Positions 10,049 to 21,084 of a DNA stretch of 64,000 bases are shown here, in pieces. Source of the DNA: a virus. A program made the translations under genes and the position numbers. The DNA is taken from positions 17,248-81,247 of IMG/VR virus record IMGVR_UViG_3300025096_003663; one strand, 5' to 3'. Each line of letters opens with the position of its first letter. The stretch's first letter is position 1. Below the pieces are notes generated by a model. It was given only the letters and a program-made list of their open reading frames with translations. It was not told where the DNA came from and searched no databases.

Positions 10049-10948
10049 ATGAAATCAAAAGCGATAAAGGGATTCAATCCAGAGCTAGATAGCGAACTAA
10101 ATTCTATGCCAGACGGAAAGGGTGTACTCGGCAAAGGTATTGCGGGATCCCCCAGTATAGAAGAAATTCCATCATTAATAGTAACGGATAGAGATTCTGT
10201 TTATCCGCCAGACCCAAAAACAAATGCTCAGATGGTGTGTACGGTTGATAGACCGAGAAGCAGAGTTAGCGGCTATTCATCAGATACCCAGGCTGGGTGT
10301 ATGGATATCGTCGTCGGCAGATTAGGATATGAATCGAGAAGTGTCTCGGTAGATCCAGATTTTACCAAGGATGCAGCAAGAATATACATAAGCCAAAAAA
10401 CAGATGTTGATACCAATTTTAAGCTCATAGAGGGCGGAGTCGGAATGGCGAAAGCCAGATCTGCTATCGCCATCAAAGCTGATGGTGTCCGGATAATAGG
10501 TAGGGAAGGCATCAAAATAGTAACGGGCACAGATAAGAAAAACTCCCAAGGAGGGGACATACGGTCTATCACTGGTATCGATATTATCGCGGGCAATAAA
10601 GAGGCAGAACTTGAGCCCATGGTAAAGGGTGAAAAACTGACTGACTCTTTGGGTAAGATGGCGGATCACGTAGTTAAACTTAATGCGATTGTGGATCACT
10701 TACTGGTTACACAAATGAACTTTAATTCTTCTATCTCTAGTCACTTCCACTATTCTCCCTTCTACGGTAATGCTACAACACCATCGGACTCGTGTGTAGC
10801 ACAGGGAAGCAAGGCATCACTAGACCATCTACAGGAAACGAAGCGATCCCTTTCGTTTCATAAAAACAATGTTCTTAGCTGGAAGAATAATTGTCTATGT
10901 CCATCCGGGCAAGACTTTATCTTGAGCCGATGGAACAAATCTAACTAG
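10049..10948 (+). CDS. Baseplate central spike (gp5/gpV C-terminal-like)
   Basis: Beta-rich IKADGVRIIGREGIKI segment, MVKGEKL coil and an HxH (SHFH) motif typical of spike tips. Confidence 0.55.
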   Translation: MKSKAIKGFNPELDSELNSMPDGKGVLGKGIAGSPSIEEIPSLIVTDRDSVYPPDPKTNAQMVCTVDRPRSRVSGYSSDTQAGCMDIVVGRLGYESRSVSVDPDFTKDAARIYISQKTDVDTNFKLIEGGVGMAKARSAIAIKADGVRIIGREGIKIVTGTDKKNSQGGDIRSITGIDIIAGNKEAELEPMVKGEKLTDSLGKMADHVVKLNAIVDHLLVTQMNFNSSISSHFHYSPFYGNATTPSDSCVAQGSKASLDHLQETKRSLSFHKNNVLSWKNNCLCPSGQDFILSRWNKSN

Positions 10949-10958
10949 GGGTGACTCA

Positions 10959-13900
10959 ATGGCGAAGAAAAAGAAAGCAACTACAGTAGACGAATCCCAT
11001 CCCCCAAATCCGGATGATCAGTATAGCACCGTCATCCCTCCCATTGTGGAAGATTGGACTTACCGCCCGGTTAATAAGCCTTTTTATGATCCTGAAGCTG
11101 TAGCATATGCTATTATAATTCAGTCTGGAAAGAAAATAAAGGGAGAGATATATCTAACTCCGGATGAATCTGTTGATACTTCAACATTGCCCCGAGATAA
11201 AAATTCAGAGAAGAAGATTGTTAAGCAATCCACATTTCCTCACATCATCTCAGAAGCGAAAGAAAGAACTCTAAAATATTATAATAAAAGAGTAGATCCA
11301 GGAAACATTGAACTTCTTTCAGATTTGACGATCATCGAGCATGTACACATTTCGACACGCCCGCGAGCCCCAAACTTATTCTATGTCACCATCGATGCAC
11401 CTAAATTTGATTTAATACCAGATTTGGGAAGATATATTTTGACACCCATAACCAAAGAAAGCTCTCTCTATCAACTGGCAGAGGAATATAAAGATTTCTT
11501 CCGGATTACTGATAATACAGAAAAAGGCAAAAGAGCACGAATCTCTGAAATACTTCGAGCTAACGGCATTAATGTATTGGAAGCCGACAACTCAGAAGTA
11601 GAAGAATGGATATATAGAGTAAATTACGGGCTCGAAGATCCACCAGGTAAAGACTCGAAATTCAATAAGGGCAGCGAAATTTACCTTCCCAACACGGAGC
11701 CTGACTTCTCTCGGGTGATATCAGGAGGGAAGGAGATAGAACTTCATATTGGAGACACTAAGCAAGATATAGGAAAATTAATAGCTCTTCTGAAAATCTA
11801 TGATGAAAAAATTAGAGAATCTCAATTTGTAGTGAAGAATTTTGATATTGATCGGCAGATTAAAGAATTGGAAAATTTCCTACCTCGAATACGAACCCAC
11901 TTCTTAGATAACGATTATAATTTTAGGAATTTCTTAGAAGACAATATTCGGCTAGGGCTGGATAAAGATTCCAATCTTATATACATAGGAATCAGCTCGT
12001 CCGGCAGTGTAGCATATTTAAATAAGGCAATGCCGAGCTTAGCACTCGAATCCCCTTTCAACAATCCAAGAACTATGAATTTACTCTCTTACCTACAAGA
12101 GATAGTATTGTTAAGTTCATCATCACTCCCATGGAAAGATTTCTTAAGCCGTTATATATCTCCAGCCCCTCAAATTGTCAGTAGAGATCCTCAAAGTGTA
12201 TTTGAAGATGCTCAGCAAAATACCAAAACTATTTTAGAACAGTTAGCTTCTCGCTTTGACAAGTTTTCAGCGAAAAGCAATCGGCAACTTGGTGAAGAGA
12301 ATTCTATATATGGATCCGTACAGATAATGAACGGTATCTTTAATCAGCAGACATCGGCTCTTCGAGACACTGGAGATGCAGTTATACGAGACTTAGCGAA
12401 CATTAGCGAAAAGATCGAGAACCCCGGTGCCAGTGCTTGTGGAGCTGGCGCCACGGTGTATAACGAAGTTCTTAATAAGATAGATTTCAAATCATTGGTG
12501 GCTTCAGCTATTGATTGTCTCAAGGAGCAGGTTCCATTTGATTGTGAAGATATCGTTTTAGCAATTGCTGAAGAGAATCTAGATGCAGTTGCCGGAATCT
12601 TCCGGGCAAGAATAAATCCACAATATCACGACATACTGGAAGAAGCTTTACAGATCGCCACATCAGGTGATTTCACTCTTTATCAAATAAAATATGAATA
12701 TCAGTTTTATAAACCCTTAGAAGAAAAACTAGCTCAAGCTTCTGAAGGGCAAATTTTCTTAGGGGCATTAGAATACGGACTCAATTCCGAGGGAGTAGAT
12801 TACAATTCCTTGTTCCAAGAAGTATGTTCCTACTTATCCGATCCACGTCAAGCCTTATCAGATCTGACAGATGCGTTCTTCCTACCAACAATCTTTTTAC
12901 CTGATAATCTTCCTACCGTTGATATCGATGAAATGACTACCGTTGCTTTCGAGAAAATGCTTCTTGAGCTCGTTTCATCGCTTATCGTCAAAACAGTTCA
13001 GGCAGTCATATCCACTCTCTTGAACCGATGTAGAGAAGGATCAGGATCGGGAGATGGCTCTTCCTCTCCCGGCTACGGCTCTGGCTTGGATGTCGGAGCT
13101 GCCATTGCCGATAATGTTGGCGCACCCAACTTTAGAGAAGCAATGGAAGATTTGCTTGATTCACTTGGAACCTCTCCGTGGTCACCAGCATTGCCTACTG
13201 GTGGTGCATTCGAATTGATTGAATCCGGCACCGTCCAGCTAGCCTCCGATATCAGTTCCAGTTTGACTTCCTCTACTCTCGATATGGTAGAGACAGAAAG
13301 TAAATTCCTGGTTATGCAGAATCTTTTTACAATCTTAAAAGGGGAACTTACGAGTCCAGAGATCATAAGATTGTTAGAGGGTAGGGCATCTCCTTCTCTG
13401 CTCCAAGTGGTATTGAATATTATCCATCCTAGTTCCACCCAGCCACAGAATGAGATATTGTCTCCTCTTCGAGATTCCATCATGACGAAAGGAGATGTGG
13501 AAGAGATGTTTCAAAAAATAGCTAGCCTAGTAGATCTTGGACCTACGATTGAGCAAGTTAATATCTTAAGTAACCAACTCGGTTGCTCGTTGGACGACTT
13601 TGTTTCTTCAAGGGTGCCCCTTTGGTGTAATACACTTCCTCCCGATCAGACAACACCTGTTGCTGAATCTGTAATTTACGATGAAAAGGAAAACTTTCTG
13701 GACTATTATCGATACTTGTGGAAGCCCAGCAACATGCTTCCTGATCCCTGTGAAGATCCAAACACCAATATCAACACCATAGTTCCCAAAGACAGCAACT
13801 CTTTCAGCTTCATGTTGGACAAGGTGCTAAAGACTATCTTTGATAATGTGTATATGGCTTATGATTCGTCCGTTCTTTCATTTCCAGACCCGATGTTTGT

Positions 13901-16900
13901 ATTGACAGAAGAGCCTCGTAAGATCCCAAGAGTTCAAAGGACAGGCGCACAGGTGTCTATTGATTATTATAATTTTCAAAAATTACAAGAAGAAGAGCTT
14001 TCCTTTGAAATTCCGGATCAATTTGGACACGGATATGTTATAAACCCTGAATTCCAGAGATTAATATCAGACGGAATAGTACCAGCCGATGGTGATCCTA
14101 ACGGACCTTATGGACCATATACGACAGAGAAACTAGATCTCATCGGTCGCCTGGCGGATATTCTACCAGAAGGTATACCCCTTACCGACTTTGGTTTAGA
14201 CTCGGCAGGAAAGATGTTTGAGCTTCTTAAAGATTTTTTGGTAAGAAAACCTGCACCTCGAATTACTGTTAATGATACTGTTCCCGAGCTGGCAGCCAAT
14301 TCAAAGGCAGCCCTGAAGAACATAGATAATTTAGTATTGAATTCTTCAACTCCGGGTCAAATTGAACTTGAGCTACAGCAGCCCACGGTGCTGGGAAATG
14401 TAGAATCCAAGATGATGCAGTATGTGCTACAGTTGAAGATGATGGAAAATAATGATTTTCTACTTAAGATAGGTCAATTTCCACCAGATCTAGGAGCTCT
14501 CGCCGTCCAAGAGCCGGTACAATCTGAAAATTCTGCTTTCTTTTATGAAGAGTACGAAGGTAATATTACCTTCCCTGCCACGGCTCACGATTTACTTCAA
14601 TATGTGAGAAGTAACACTCCGTCCGCGATTTTTAATGACTTTCAACAAAAAGCAGACTTTCAGCGATTAATATATACAATAACAAGAAACGGCATAGAAC
14701 ATTATAGTGGAAACTTTTCTTCTCCTCCTAATGTTTTCAATGATAACCTGGTTGGAGATCTGAACGAATTTTCTGACACGGTAATGTATCACGATATTAT
14801 CCGCCAGATGTTTTCTGGCATCTCTTCTCATATTCTGACATCGCCCATGCTTAGGTTTACAGGCGATATGGGCAAGTCCATCATTCGGGTACCATATTTA
14901 TCTATTGTCGATTGGTCACCCCTCCCCAATGAAGACGAGGCTGCCTGTGGGCACGATCCACACATCCTCTCCATAGATACTATTCGGCGACAGATGAAAG
15001 AGGATTACGAAAATAAGATTAATAAGATTGAATGCGACGATCTAGGGAACGAGATAAGCTCCAATGCCCAGGGTCGTAAGGATCTCTCCTCCCTAGAGAA
15101 AGCCATTATGTCGGGATGTGTTCTCACCACCTTGAGGACTTATTCTCTAGAGCAGCTTTTAAGATCTATGTTTCCAGTCTCAGTCTTTTCAGGTTCGGAT
15201 TTTATGACAGAAGTCCAGTTGAAATACATTGTTGATAAGGTTAATGATAACATATACGATAAAAGCGAGAGCTACTATGATGCTTTTCTGCAAGAACTGG
15301 AGAGAGTCTTTGGTGATCGAATGGAGGAATTTAGTCCTTACGGAACCATACCTTCGGTAATAGCAGACGGCAATAAATCGGGCATAAGCTGGGTTTATGC
15401 CCAAAGGGCTTTGGATGAGTTCTACGGAGCTAAGGATTTAGCAACAGAGGAATTATCCTCAAGCCCCATAGGCAACGCCAATCTCGGCGGAGCATCCACA
15501 CCAACAAACTCAGACATTTTCCAGCCAAGTTCAGACGAAGAGATTATCTCACAACCCTCTGCCTCGCCCCCCACACCAGCGACGGGAGGCTCGTCTACTC
15601 AACCTCCGCTCTCTGCTCTAGAAGTTGGCTCGCCACCCAGTAATTTGCCTGCTCAAATAGAGGTAGTGGATACTGATGTTTCCGAGTCTTTGAATCCTGG
15701 ATTATTAGAAGACCCCTGTACTGATCTGAATGTTCCGTCCCTGATTCCCACTACTCCGCTGAGAGAAAATCTTAAATATAGAATAGCATTTCTCATCGAA
15801 GAGCAGGTTTATTCTTTGCTAGGAAAGTTACAAGATTTAATATCTTTTAAGGGCAACTTGTCTTTAGACGATAATTTTCTTACAAAAATCCTACCTCTGC
15901 TAGATACTCCTCGCTATGACGGTGACCCTCGTTTTGCCGAAACAGGAGACTACGGGACAGTGACAGCAATCGCTCTCAAATCTCAAGCCGAAGAATATAA
16001 TGATAAATTTAACCAATGGAAGGCTTCTAAAGAAGCTATATTGAGACTTTTCAGGCAAGCCCCTTTTCCTTCTGAGGCATATCGACAGGCTATGATAGAT
16101 TCATTGGAGGCACCAGATCCACTGACTTTAGGAAGAAATTCAATTCCAGTTCTTGCTAGCACTGATTTGGACGGGACTACATTCTATTCTAAGCACACTG
16201 ATAGTAGTGATTTATCTATGAAACGAGAACTTAAATATATGTCTGTTTCGAATTTTAAACAGATTCTTTCAGCGAAGCTCGATGAATTCAAAACTTGGTA
16301 TGAAGACGACGAAAGAGAAACAAATTGGAATGGCGAGTTTGGATTATTTAGCCACCAAGAAGGCTCCGATAGTAAATACTATTGGGATCTTACTTCCAAG
16401 GGAGACGACGGGCAAGAAGGCAATAAGGGATTTTGGGAATGGTTTTTTGCCGACAGTCAGTATAAGGACATGGATAAGTTCGCTCGAACATACCCCTATC
16501 CAGAATATGATGATTTTTTAGAAGGCATCCAGAAACATACCCCGATTCCAAATGCGAGGGGGCTAGAATCATATTCCGGTGAATCCACACCGTCTTTTGA
16601 CCCATCAGGCGAAGCGGGAAAACTCTTCTTAGAAAGATATATCCTTACAGAGAAGCAGGAGTCTGAAGAGACAGATGTATTTCCAGGCACAAGATTCATG
16701 TCCAGTGATCCCGATAGTCCGACCATTGCCAAAGAAAAGTTAGGTGGAGAAATTAATTTAAGTTCTCAAGAAATACAAAATATTACCACATTTGCAGGGC
16801 AGATGAACGGGATTGCCATACAAGGGGATTCTGAACATTCTCCTGACAGCAATGTCGCTGATAAATTTAAAAAGATATCCTTTGGACTTAGACTTAGCTA

Positions 16901-18896
16901 TGTCTCGCCACTTTCGCCTTTCGTCCCAAAGTCTGATGAAACACACACTCTGAAAGTCGGCGGATACAATTGGAAACAGTCGTTCAACTCCACATGTCAA
17001 GAGAAAAGTAAATCATATGTGTTGAGAGAAGAGTATACTAAAAAATTCACAAGTTCTGAAGCAATTGGCGAGGCTCTGGAATCAACAGTAGGAACTTTAC
17101 AGGGATACCAGGAGTTTGGTCCTACAGAGCCCGAAGAAGCAGAACAGTTGTCAGAACAAGTGTTGGAATCTGCAGCAAACTCTTTAGCCGAATCCGAAAT
17201 AGAGAGTATGGCTGTTCACCGAGATGTAATGGTGTTCCCTATATGTTCGGTGGAATTGCCTATCCAATTATCCGACGATTTGAAATTTAAAGATTTCTTT
17301 AATTCTCTTGAAGTTGGACAAGGCTTTAAAAGCAAAAAGTTGGAAGATCTGTTCAATAACCAATATATGATACCTTTGGTTGAGCAAATGAAGAAATCTC
17401 AGCCATATAAATTACTTTTCAAATATTGTATCCCGTCCGATCCAATACTTTCAGCTACTTCGATATATTCGAATATAGTGAATGAGCTGCCTCAAGAATT
17501 TTTTAGCAAAACTAAGGAAGAGCTAAAGAGCCTCTTCGAAGTAGCTTTAAACGGCGGAGATTATACTTTCGAATCAACATCCCAAAGAGAATCTGGCGGC
17601 AATCGAGGGGCATATGCTCGTGCTTCCGCGAATTATGGAACTGACGGCAAAGCCCGAGATCCAAGTTTGTTTGACTTCGCGATAAAGACACCAAAGCTTA
17701 TTTTTAAAGGACTTACAGAATTTATTGATCCAGTCATTGCCCCAGCATCAAAGATAGTAAAGGCTGCAAATGCAGGTATGCTTATACCCCAAGTTATGAA
17801 GATTTTGAATCCGGATGGAACTGCCGGCGGCACCAACGACGAGAACTATTTCTTGACTCAAGTAGCTTTCCCTCGCGGCTCAATCCCTTTTCCAACTGGG
17901 GATATGCTTGGCGACGAGGTGACTGTCATCGATAAAGCACAAGGCTTTGGAGGAGCATCGGTAGATGAAGAGATAGTAATGTTTCGTTTTAGAGATGCTC
18001 AGCTTAAGAGCTCGGAAACCGGAAACAATTTGTTCGATAGATATATACAAAATGTCTTTATGAAATATAAGCCACCTCTTGCCGCCATGGAGGAATACTA
18101 TGAAAATGCTTCTGACTCAGCCCTTGTCCCTGAGAGCGAATCTCCGCTCTTCTCTGAAGAAACTAAAGCATTTCAGCGATTCGCACTCGGAACAGTGAAA
18201 AGGGACTTTGGATTAGTGGCTGGAGCTCTTATGAGCCAATATTCGAAAGATCTCAAAAAGGTGAGAGATGGTGTGGTGGAAGAGCTCAAAGACAGAGAGA
18301 TGCTCACCGAAGAACTAGATATCCAACTTCATTTAGATGTTCTGCACCCGTTCTCCCGAGCTTTGTTTCAATTCTTACGCCAAGCTTCTGATTCGGTTAC
18401 CTGTGGTGCCCGAGATGTGATAATAGGAATCTTACGAGGTGAAATAGTAGTAAATCCTACTTATTTCAGCGGCATGGCAACCGGGTTTCTTACTGAAGTA
18501 GATATTAAAACAGAAATCGTATCTCTAAAGACAGACTCACCAATCGTGGATTGGGTTATTTGGGGCACAAACGGAGGTGCTTTCCATATTTCTAACCCGC
18601 CGATACCACAAACTATCTTTCCAGGATATCCCCTACCTTTGCCAATCACACCAGTAGCAATGTCTTCTCTTCCTTACGATATGGTACCATATGGACCAGG
18701 ACCACCCCACAGTCCTCTTGGACATATTTACCATGCAGTCGTTGCAGCAGAGGGGCTGGCGAATGTGGATCTCGACATGAAAGATATCTTGAGAGAGGAA
18801 GAAGGCTTAGAAAGCAAGAAAAAGCTTCGTGGAAAACTATGTATAGATATGGAACAAATCTCTGCCGAAGAAAGAAAACGGCGAGGCTTGGAGTGA
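10959..18896 (+). CDS. Giant (2645 aa) virion/baseplate-associated protein with a degenerate LysM-like segment
   Basis: Long ORF between the spike gene and gp25; LysM-like SLYQLA..EILRANG..GSEIYLP. Confidence 0.65.
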   Translation: MAKKKKATTVDESHPPNPDDQYSTVIPPIVEDWTYRPVNKPFYDPEAVAYAIIIQSGKKIKGEIYLTPDESVDTSTLPRDKNSEKKIVKQSTFPHIISEAKERTLKYYNKRVDPGNIELLSDLTIIEHVHISTRPRAPNLFYVTIDAPKFDLIPDLGRYILTPITKESSLYQLAEEYKDFFRITDNTEKGKRARISEILRANGINVLEADNSEVEEWIYRVNYGLEDPPGKDSKFNKGSEIYLPNTEPDFSRVISGGKEIELHIGDTKQDIGKLIALLKIYDEKIRESQFVVKNFDIDRQIKELENFLPRIRTHFLDNDYNFRNFLEDNIRLGLDKDSNLIYIGISSSGSVAYLNKAMPSLALESPFNNPRTMNLLSYLQEIVLLSSSSLPWKDFLSRYISPAPQIVSRDPQSVFEDAQQNTKTILEQLASRFDKFSAKSNRQLGEENSIYGSVQIMNGIFNQQTSALRDTGDAVIRDLANISEKIENPGASACGAGATVYNEVLNKIDFKSLVASAIDCLKEQVPFDCEDIVLAIAEENLDAVAGIFRARINPQYHDILEEALQIATSGDFTLYQIKYEYQFYKPLEEKLAQASEGQIFLGALEYGLNSEGVDYNSLFQEVCSYLSDPRQALSDLTDAFFLPTIFLPDNLPTVDIDEMTTVAFEKMLLELVSSLIVKTVQAVISTLLNRCREGSGSGDGSSSPGYGSGLDVGAAIADNVGAPNFREAMEDLLDSLGTSPWSPALPTGGAFELIESGTVQLASDISSSLTSSTLDMVETESKFLVMQNLFTILKGELTSPEIIRLLEGRASPSLLQVVLNIIHPSSTQPQNEILSPLRDSIMTKGDVEEMFQKIASLVDLGPTIEQVNILSNQLGCSLDDFVSSRVPLWCNTLPPDQTTPVAESVIYDEKENFLDYYRYLWKPSNMLPDPCEDPNTNINTIVPKDSNSFSFMLDKVLKTIFDNVYMAYDSSVLSFPDPMFVLTEEPRKIPRVQRTGAQVSIDYYNFQKLQEEELSFEIPDQFGHGYVINPEFQRLISDGIVPADGDPNGPYGPYTTEKLDLIGRLADILPEGIPLTDFGLDSAGKMFELLKDFLVRKPAPRITVNDTVPELAANSKAALKNIDNLVLNSSTPGQIELELQQPTVLGNVESKMMQYVLQLKMMENNDFLLKIGQFPPDLGALAVQEPVQSENSAFFYEEYEGNITFPATAHDLLQYVRSNTPSAIFNDFQQKADFQRLIYTITRNGIEHYSGNFSSPPNVFNDNLVGDLNEFSDTVMYHDIIRQMFSGISSHILTSPMLRFTGDMGKSIIRVPYLSIVDWSPLPNEDEAACGHDPHILSIDTIRRQMKEDYENKINKIECDDLGNEISSNAQGRKDLSSLEKAIMSGCVLTTLRTYSLEQLLRSMFPVSVFSGSDFMTEVQLKYIVDKVNDNIYDKSESYYDAFLQELERVFGDRMEEFSPYGTIPSVIADGNKSGISWVYAQRALDEFYGAKDLATEELSSSPIGNANLGGASTPTNSDIFQPSSDEEIISQPSASPPTPATGGSSTQPPLSALEVGSPPSNLPAQIEVVDTDVSESLNPGLLEDPCTDLNVPSLIPTTPLRENLKYRIAFLIEEQVYSLLGKLQDLISFKGNLSLDDNFLTKILPLLDTPRYDGDPRFAETGDYGTVTAIALKSQAEEYNDKFNQWKASKEAILRLFRQAPFPSEAYRQAMIDSLEAPDPLTLGRNSIPVLASTDLDGTTFYSKHTDSSDLSMKRELKYMSVSNFKQILSAKLDEFKTWYEDDERETNWNGEFGLFSHQEGSDSKYYWDLTSKGDDGQEGNKGFWEWFFADSQYKDMDKFARTYPYPEYDDFLEGIQKHTPIPNARGLESYSGESTPSFDPSGEAGKLFLERYILTEKQESEETDVFPGTRFMSSDPDSPTIAKEKLGGEINLSSQEIQNITTFAGQMNGIAIQGDSEHSPDSNVADKFKKISFGLRLSYVSPLSPFVPKSDETHTLKVGGYNWKQSFNSTCQEKSKSYVLREEYTKKFTSSEAIGEALESTVGTLQGYQEFGPTEPEEAEQLSEQVLESAANSLAESEIESMAVHRDVMVFPICSVELPIQLSDDLKFKDFFNSLEVGQGFKSKKLEDLFNNQYMIPLVEQMKKSQPYKLLFKYCIPSDPILSATSIYSNIVNELPQEFFSKTKEELKSLFEVALNGGDYTFESTSQRESGGNRGAYARASANYGTDGKARDPSLFDFAIKTPKLIFKGLTEFIDPVIAPASKIVKAANAGMLIPQVMKILNPDGTAGGTNDENYFLTQVAFPRGSIPFPTGDMLGDEVTVIDKAQGFGGASVDEEIVMFRFRDAQLKSSETGNNLFDRYIQNVFMKYKPPLAAMEEYYENASDSALVPESESPLFSEETKAFQRFALGTVKRDFGLVAGALMSQYSKDLKKVRDGVVEELKDREMLTEELDIQLHLDVLHPFSRALFQFLRQASDSVTCGARDVIIGILRGEIVVNPTYFSGMATGFLTEVDIKTEIVSLKTDSPIVDWVIWGTNGGAFHISNPPIPQTIFPGYPLPLPITPVAMSSLPYDMVPYGPGPPHSPLGHIYHAVVAAEGLANVDLDMKDILREEEGLESKKKLRGKLCIDMEQISAEERKRRGLE

Positions 18897-18902
18897 TAAA
18901 TA

Positions 18903-19274
18903 ATGTCTGGAATTTCGCCATCTCTACCTTTAAGAAGGGATCCACAGTATGCTGGATATGCCCTGAACTCCAACATGCTTGATGTAGTAAAGCAAAACTT
19001 CAAGCATTTGGTCCTCACGGCACCAGGGGAAAGGATGATGATTCCTGATTTCGGTGTCGGGATCAGGAACTTTCTTTTTGAACAAAATGACCAGTCCACA
19101 TATGCCGCCATCCGTGGAAAGCTGGACGAACAGGTTCGGAAATACATTCCATTTATAGCAATCCAAGAAGTCCAGTTTGAAGGCGGAGAGATTCAGGATA
19201 ATGGTGTTCAGATAGTTATAACATATGAAGTGGTTCCGCTTCAGTTCAGTGATACGCTTTCAATAGAAATTTAA
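18903..19274 (+). CDS. Baseplate wedge protein gp25/GPW-like
   Basis: LVLTAPGERMMIPDFGVGIRNFLFE motif. Confidence 0.92.
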   Translation: MSGISPSLPLRRDPQYAGYALNSNMLDVVKQNFKHLVLTAPGERMMIPDFGVGIRNFLFEQNDQSTYAAIRGKLDEQVRKYIPFIAIQEVQFEGGEIQDNGVQIVITYEVVPLQFSDTLSIEI

Positions 19275-19290
19275 GGGAGGAGGATAACAT

Positions 19291-21084
19291 ATGCCCTCTG
19301 GCAAAAAGATATCAATAAATTATACAAGCAGGGACTTTGACACCATCAAGAGTGATCTGGTCAACTATGCTAAAAAATACTATTCTGACACTTATCAGGA
19401 TTTCTCGGAAACTGGATTCGGCTCTTTGATGCTGGATACGGTTTCTTATGTGGGAGACATTCTCTCATTCTATGTAGACTACCAGGCGAACGAGGGATAT
19501 CTAGCAAGTGCCATTGAATACGATAATGTGGTCCGCCATGCCCGACAACTAGGATACCGGCTAAACAAGAGCCCTTCTTCCTATGGTACTGTAGCTTTTT
19601 ATATAGTAGTCCCGGCAGTTGTAGATGGACCGAACCGAGCATATATGCCGATCCTCAAGCAGGGGTCCGTTCTCTCTTCCGACAACAACACCAGATTTAC
19701 CCTAACAGAAGATGTGGATTTCGCTAATACCAAAAACAATGTCGTAGTTGCCACAGTAAACAGCACAACCGGTCTGCCGACATCCTATGCAATCCAAGCT
19801 TACGGGCAAGTGGTTTCCGGAAGAATCGTCGAAGAGACAGTTTCAGTCGGCGACTATGAAAGATTTAGGAAAGTCGAATTAGGCGGCACCGATATAGCGG
19901 AAATAGTTTCAATCGAAGATGCCGAAGGGAATGAGTATTTCGAGGTAGAAAACTTATCTCAAAATGTTATTTTCCGAGCAGTAACAAATACCAACTCAGA
20001 CGACAGAGAAAACACCCCATATCTTCTTAAACCACGATATATCTCCAGAAGATTTACGACTGAAAGAGATAGAAATATAACAACAATACAGTTTGGTAGC
20101 GGAGATGAGAGCTCAGATAAGAGTTCAGCCATTTCAGAACCAAGCTCTGTAGTTATGTTTTCCTACGGCAAAGAATATATTTCAGATACAGCAATAGATC
20201 CAACAAGGCTCGTTGATTCTAACAAATTTGGAGTCGCCCCGTCTAACACATCGCTTAGAATAAGATATCGACTCAACAGTGCTGCTAGCAATAATGTGTC
20301 TGCCGGCGGTTTGACATCAATTGAGACATCTAACTTTTCTTTTGAAAACGAAAATGATTTATCTAATATTCTCGTAGAATCTGTAGTATCTTCTGTTGAA
20401 GCAAACAATGAGAGTGCTATTGTTGGCAACATTTCGCTACCAACATCTGAAGAGATAAAAATAAGAAGCTTAGGTATGTTCTCAACACAGCATAGAGCAG
20501 TTACCAGGGAAGATTATATCAACCTCACTTATGCAATGCCAGAAAAGTTTGGAGCCGTGAAGAGAGCAAATCTTATCCAGGACAACAAATCTTTTAAGCG
20601 AAATCTAAATCTTTATATCATCTCAGAAGACGAGAACCAAAAGTTGGTACAGTCCAATCAATCTCTAAAAAGTAACTTAAAAACTTGGCTAAATAAGAAC
20701 AAGATGATATCTGATTCGATTGATATACTAGATGCCAAGATAGTCAACTTTGGCATTGAGTTCGAAGCAATCGGAGAGGTAGACCAAGATAACTTTGACT
20801 TACTATCTGATGCTGTCGAGGCTCTATCTGAAAAATTCACAAAGAACTACGACATCTCGGAGAATATTTACATCTCAGACATCTACTCTACTCTAAAGAA
20901 TGTTGATGGAATCTTGGATGTAACCAGTGCCAAAGCTGTCCTGAAAGTCGGCGGAGTATACTCTGATGTATTTTACGACTTCCAAGAGAACCTTTCGGCA
21001 GACGGAAGAATGATAAACATACCGAATAATGTCATCGTAGAACTTAAGCTGCCAGACATAGACATAAAAGGAGTTATTAGATAA
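19291..21084 (+). CDS. Baseplate wedge subunit gp6-like
   Basis: YTSRDFDTIK, SYVGDILSFYVD, IQFGSG and RAVTREDY motifs. Confidence 0.9.
   Translation: MPSGKKISINYTSRDFDTIKSDLVNYAKKYYSDTYQDFSETGFGSLMLDTVSYVGDILSFYVDYQANEGYLASAIEYDNVVRHARQLGYRLNKSPSSYGTVAFYIVVPAVVDGPNRAYMPILKQGSVLSSDNNTRFTLTEDVDFANTKNNVVVATVNSTTGLPTSYAIQAYGQVVSGRIVEETVSVGDYERFRKVELGGTDIAEIVSIEDAEGNEYFEVENLSQNVIFRAVTNTNSDDRENTPYLLKPRYISRRFTTERDRNITTIQFGSGDESSDKSSAISEPSSVVMFSYGKEYISDTAIDPTRLVDSNKFGVAPSNTSLRIRYRLNSAASNNVSAGGLTSIETSNFSFENENDLSNILVESVVSSVEANNESAIVGNISLPTSEEIKIRSLGMFSTQHRAVTREDYINLTYAMPEKFGAVKRANLIQDNKSFKRNLNLYIISEDENQKLVQSNQSLKSNLKTWLNKNKMISDSIDILDAKIVNFGIEFEAIGEVDQDNFDLLSDAVEALSEKFTKNYDISENIYISDIYSTLKNVDGILDVTSAKAVLKVGGVYSDVFYDFQENLSADGRMINIPNNVIVELKLPDIDIKGVIR

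Noticed and set aside
10959-18896. Tape measure protein or virion RNA polymerase call for the 2645-aa ORF
   Set aside because: No TMP-like periodic repeats and no DxDGD-type polymerase motif seen
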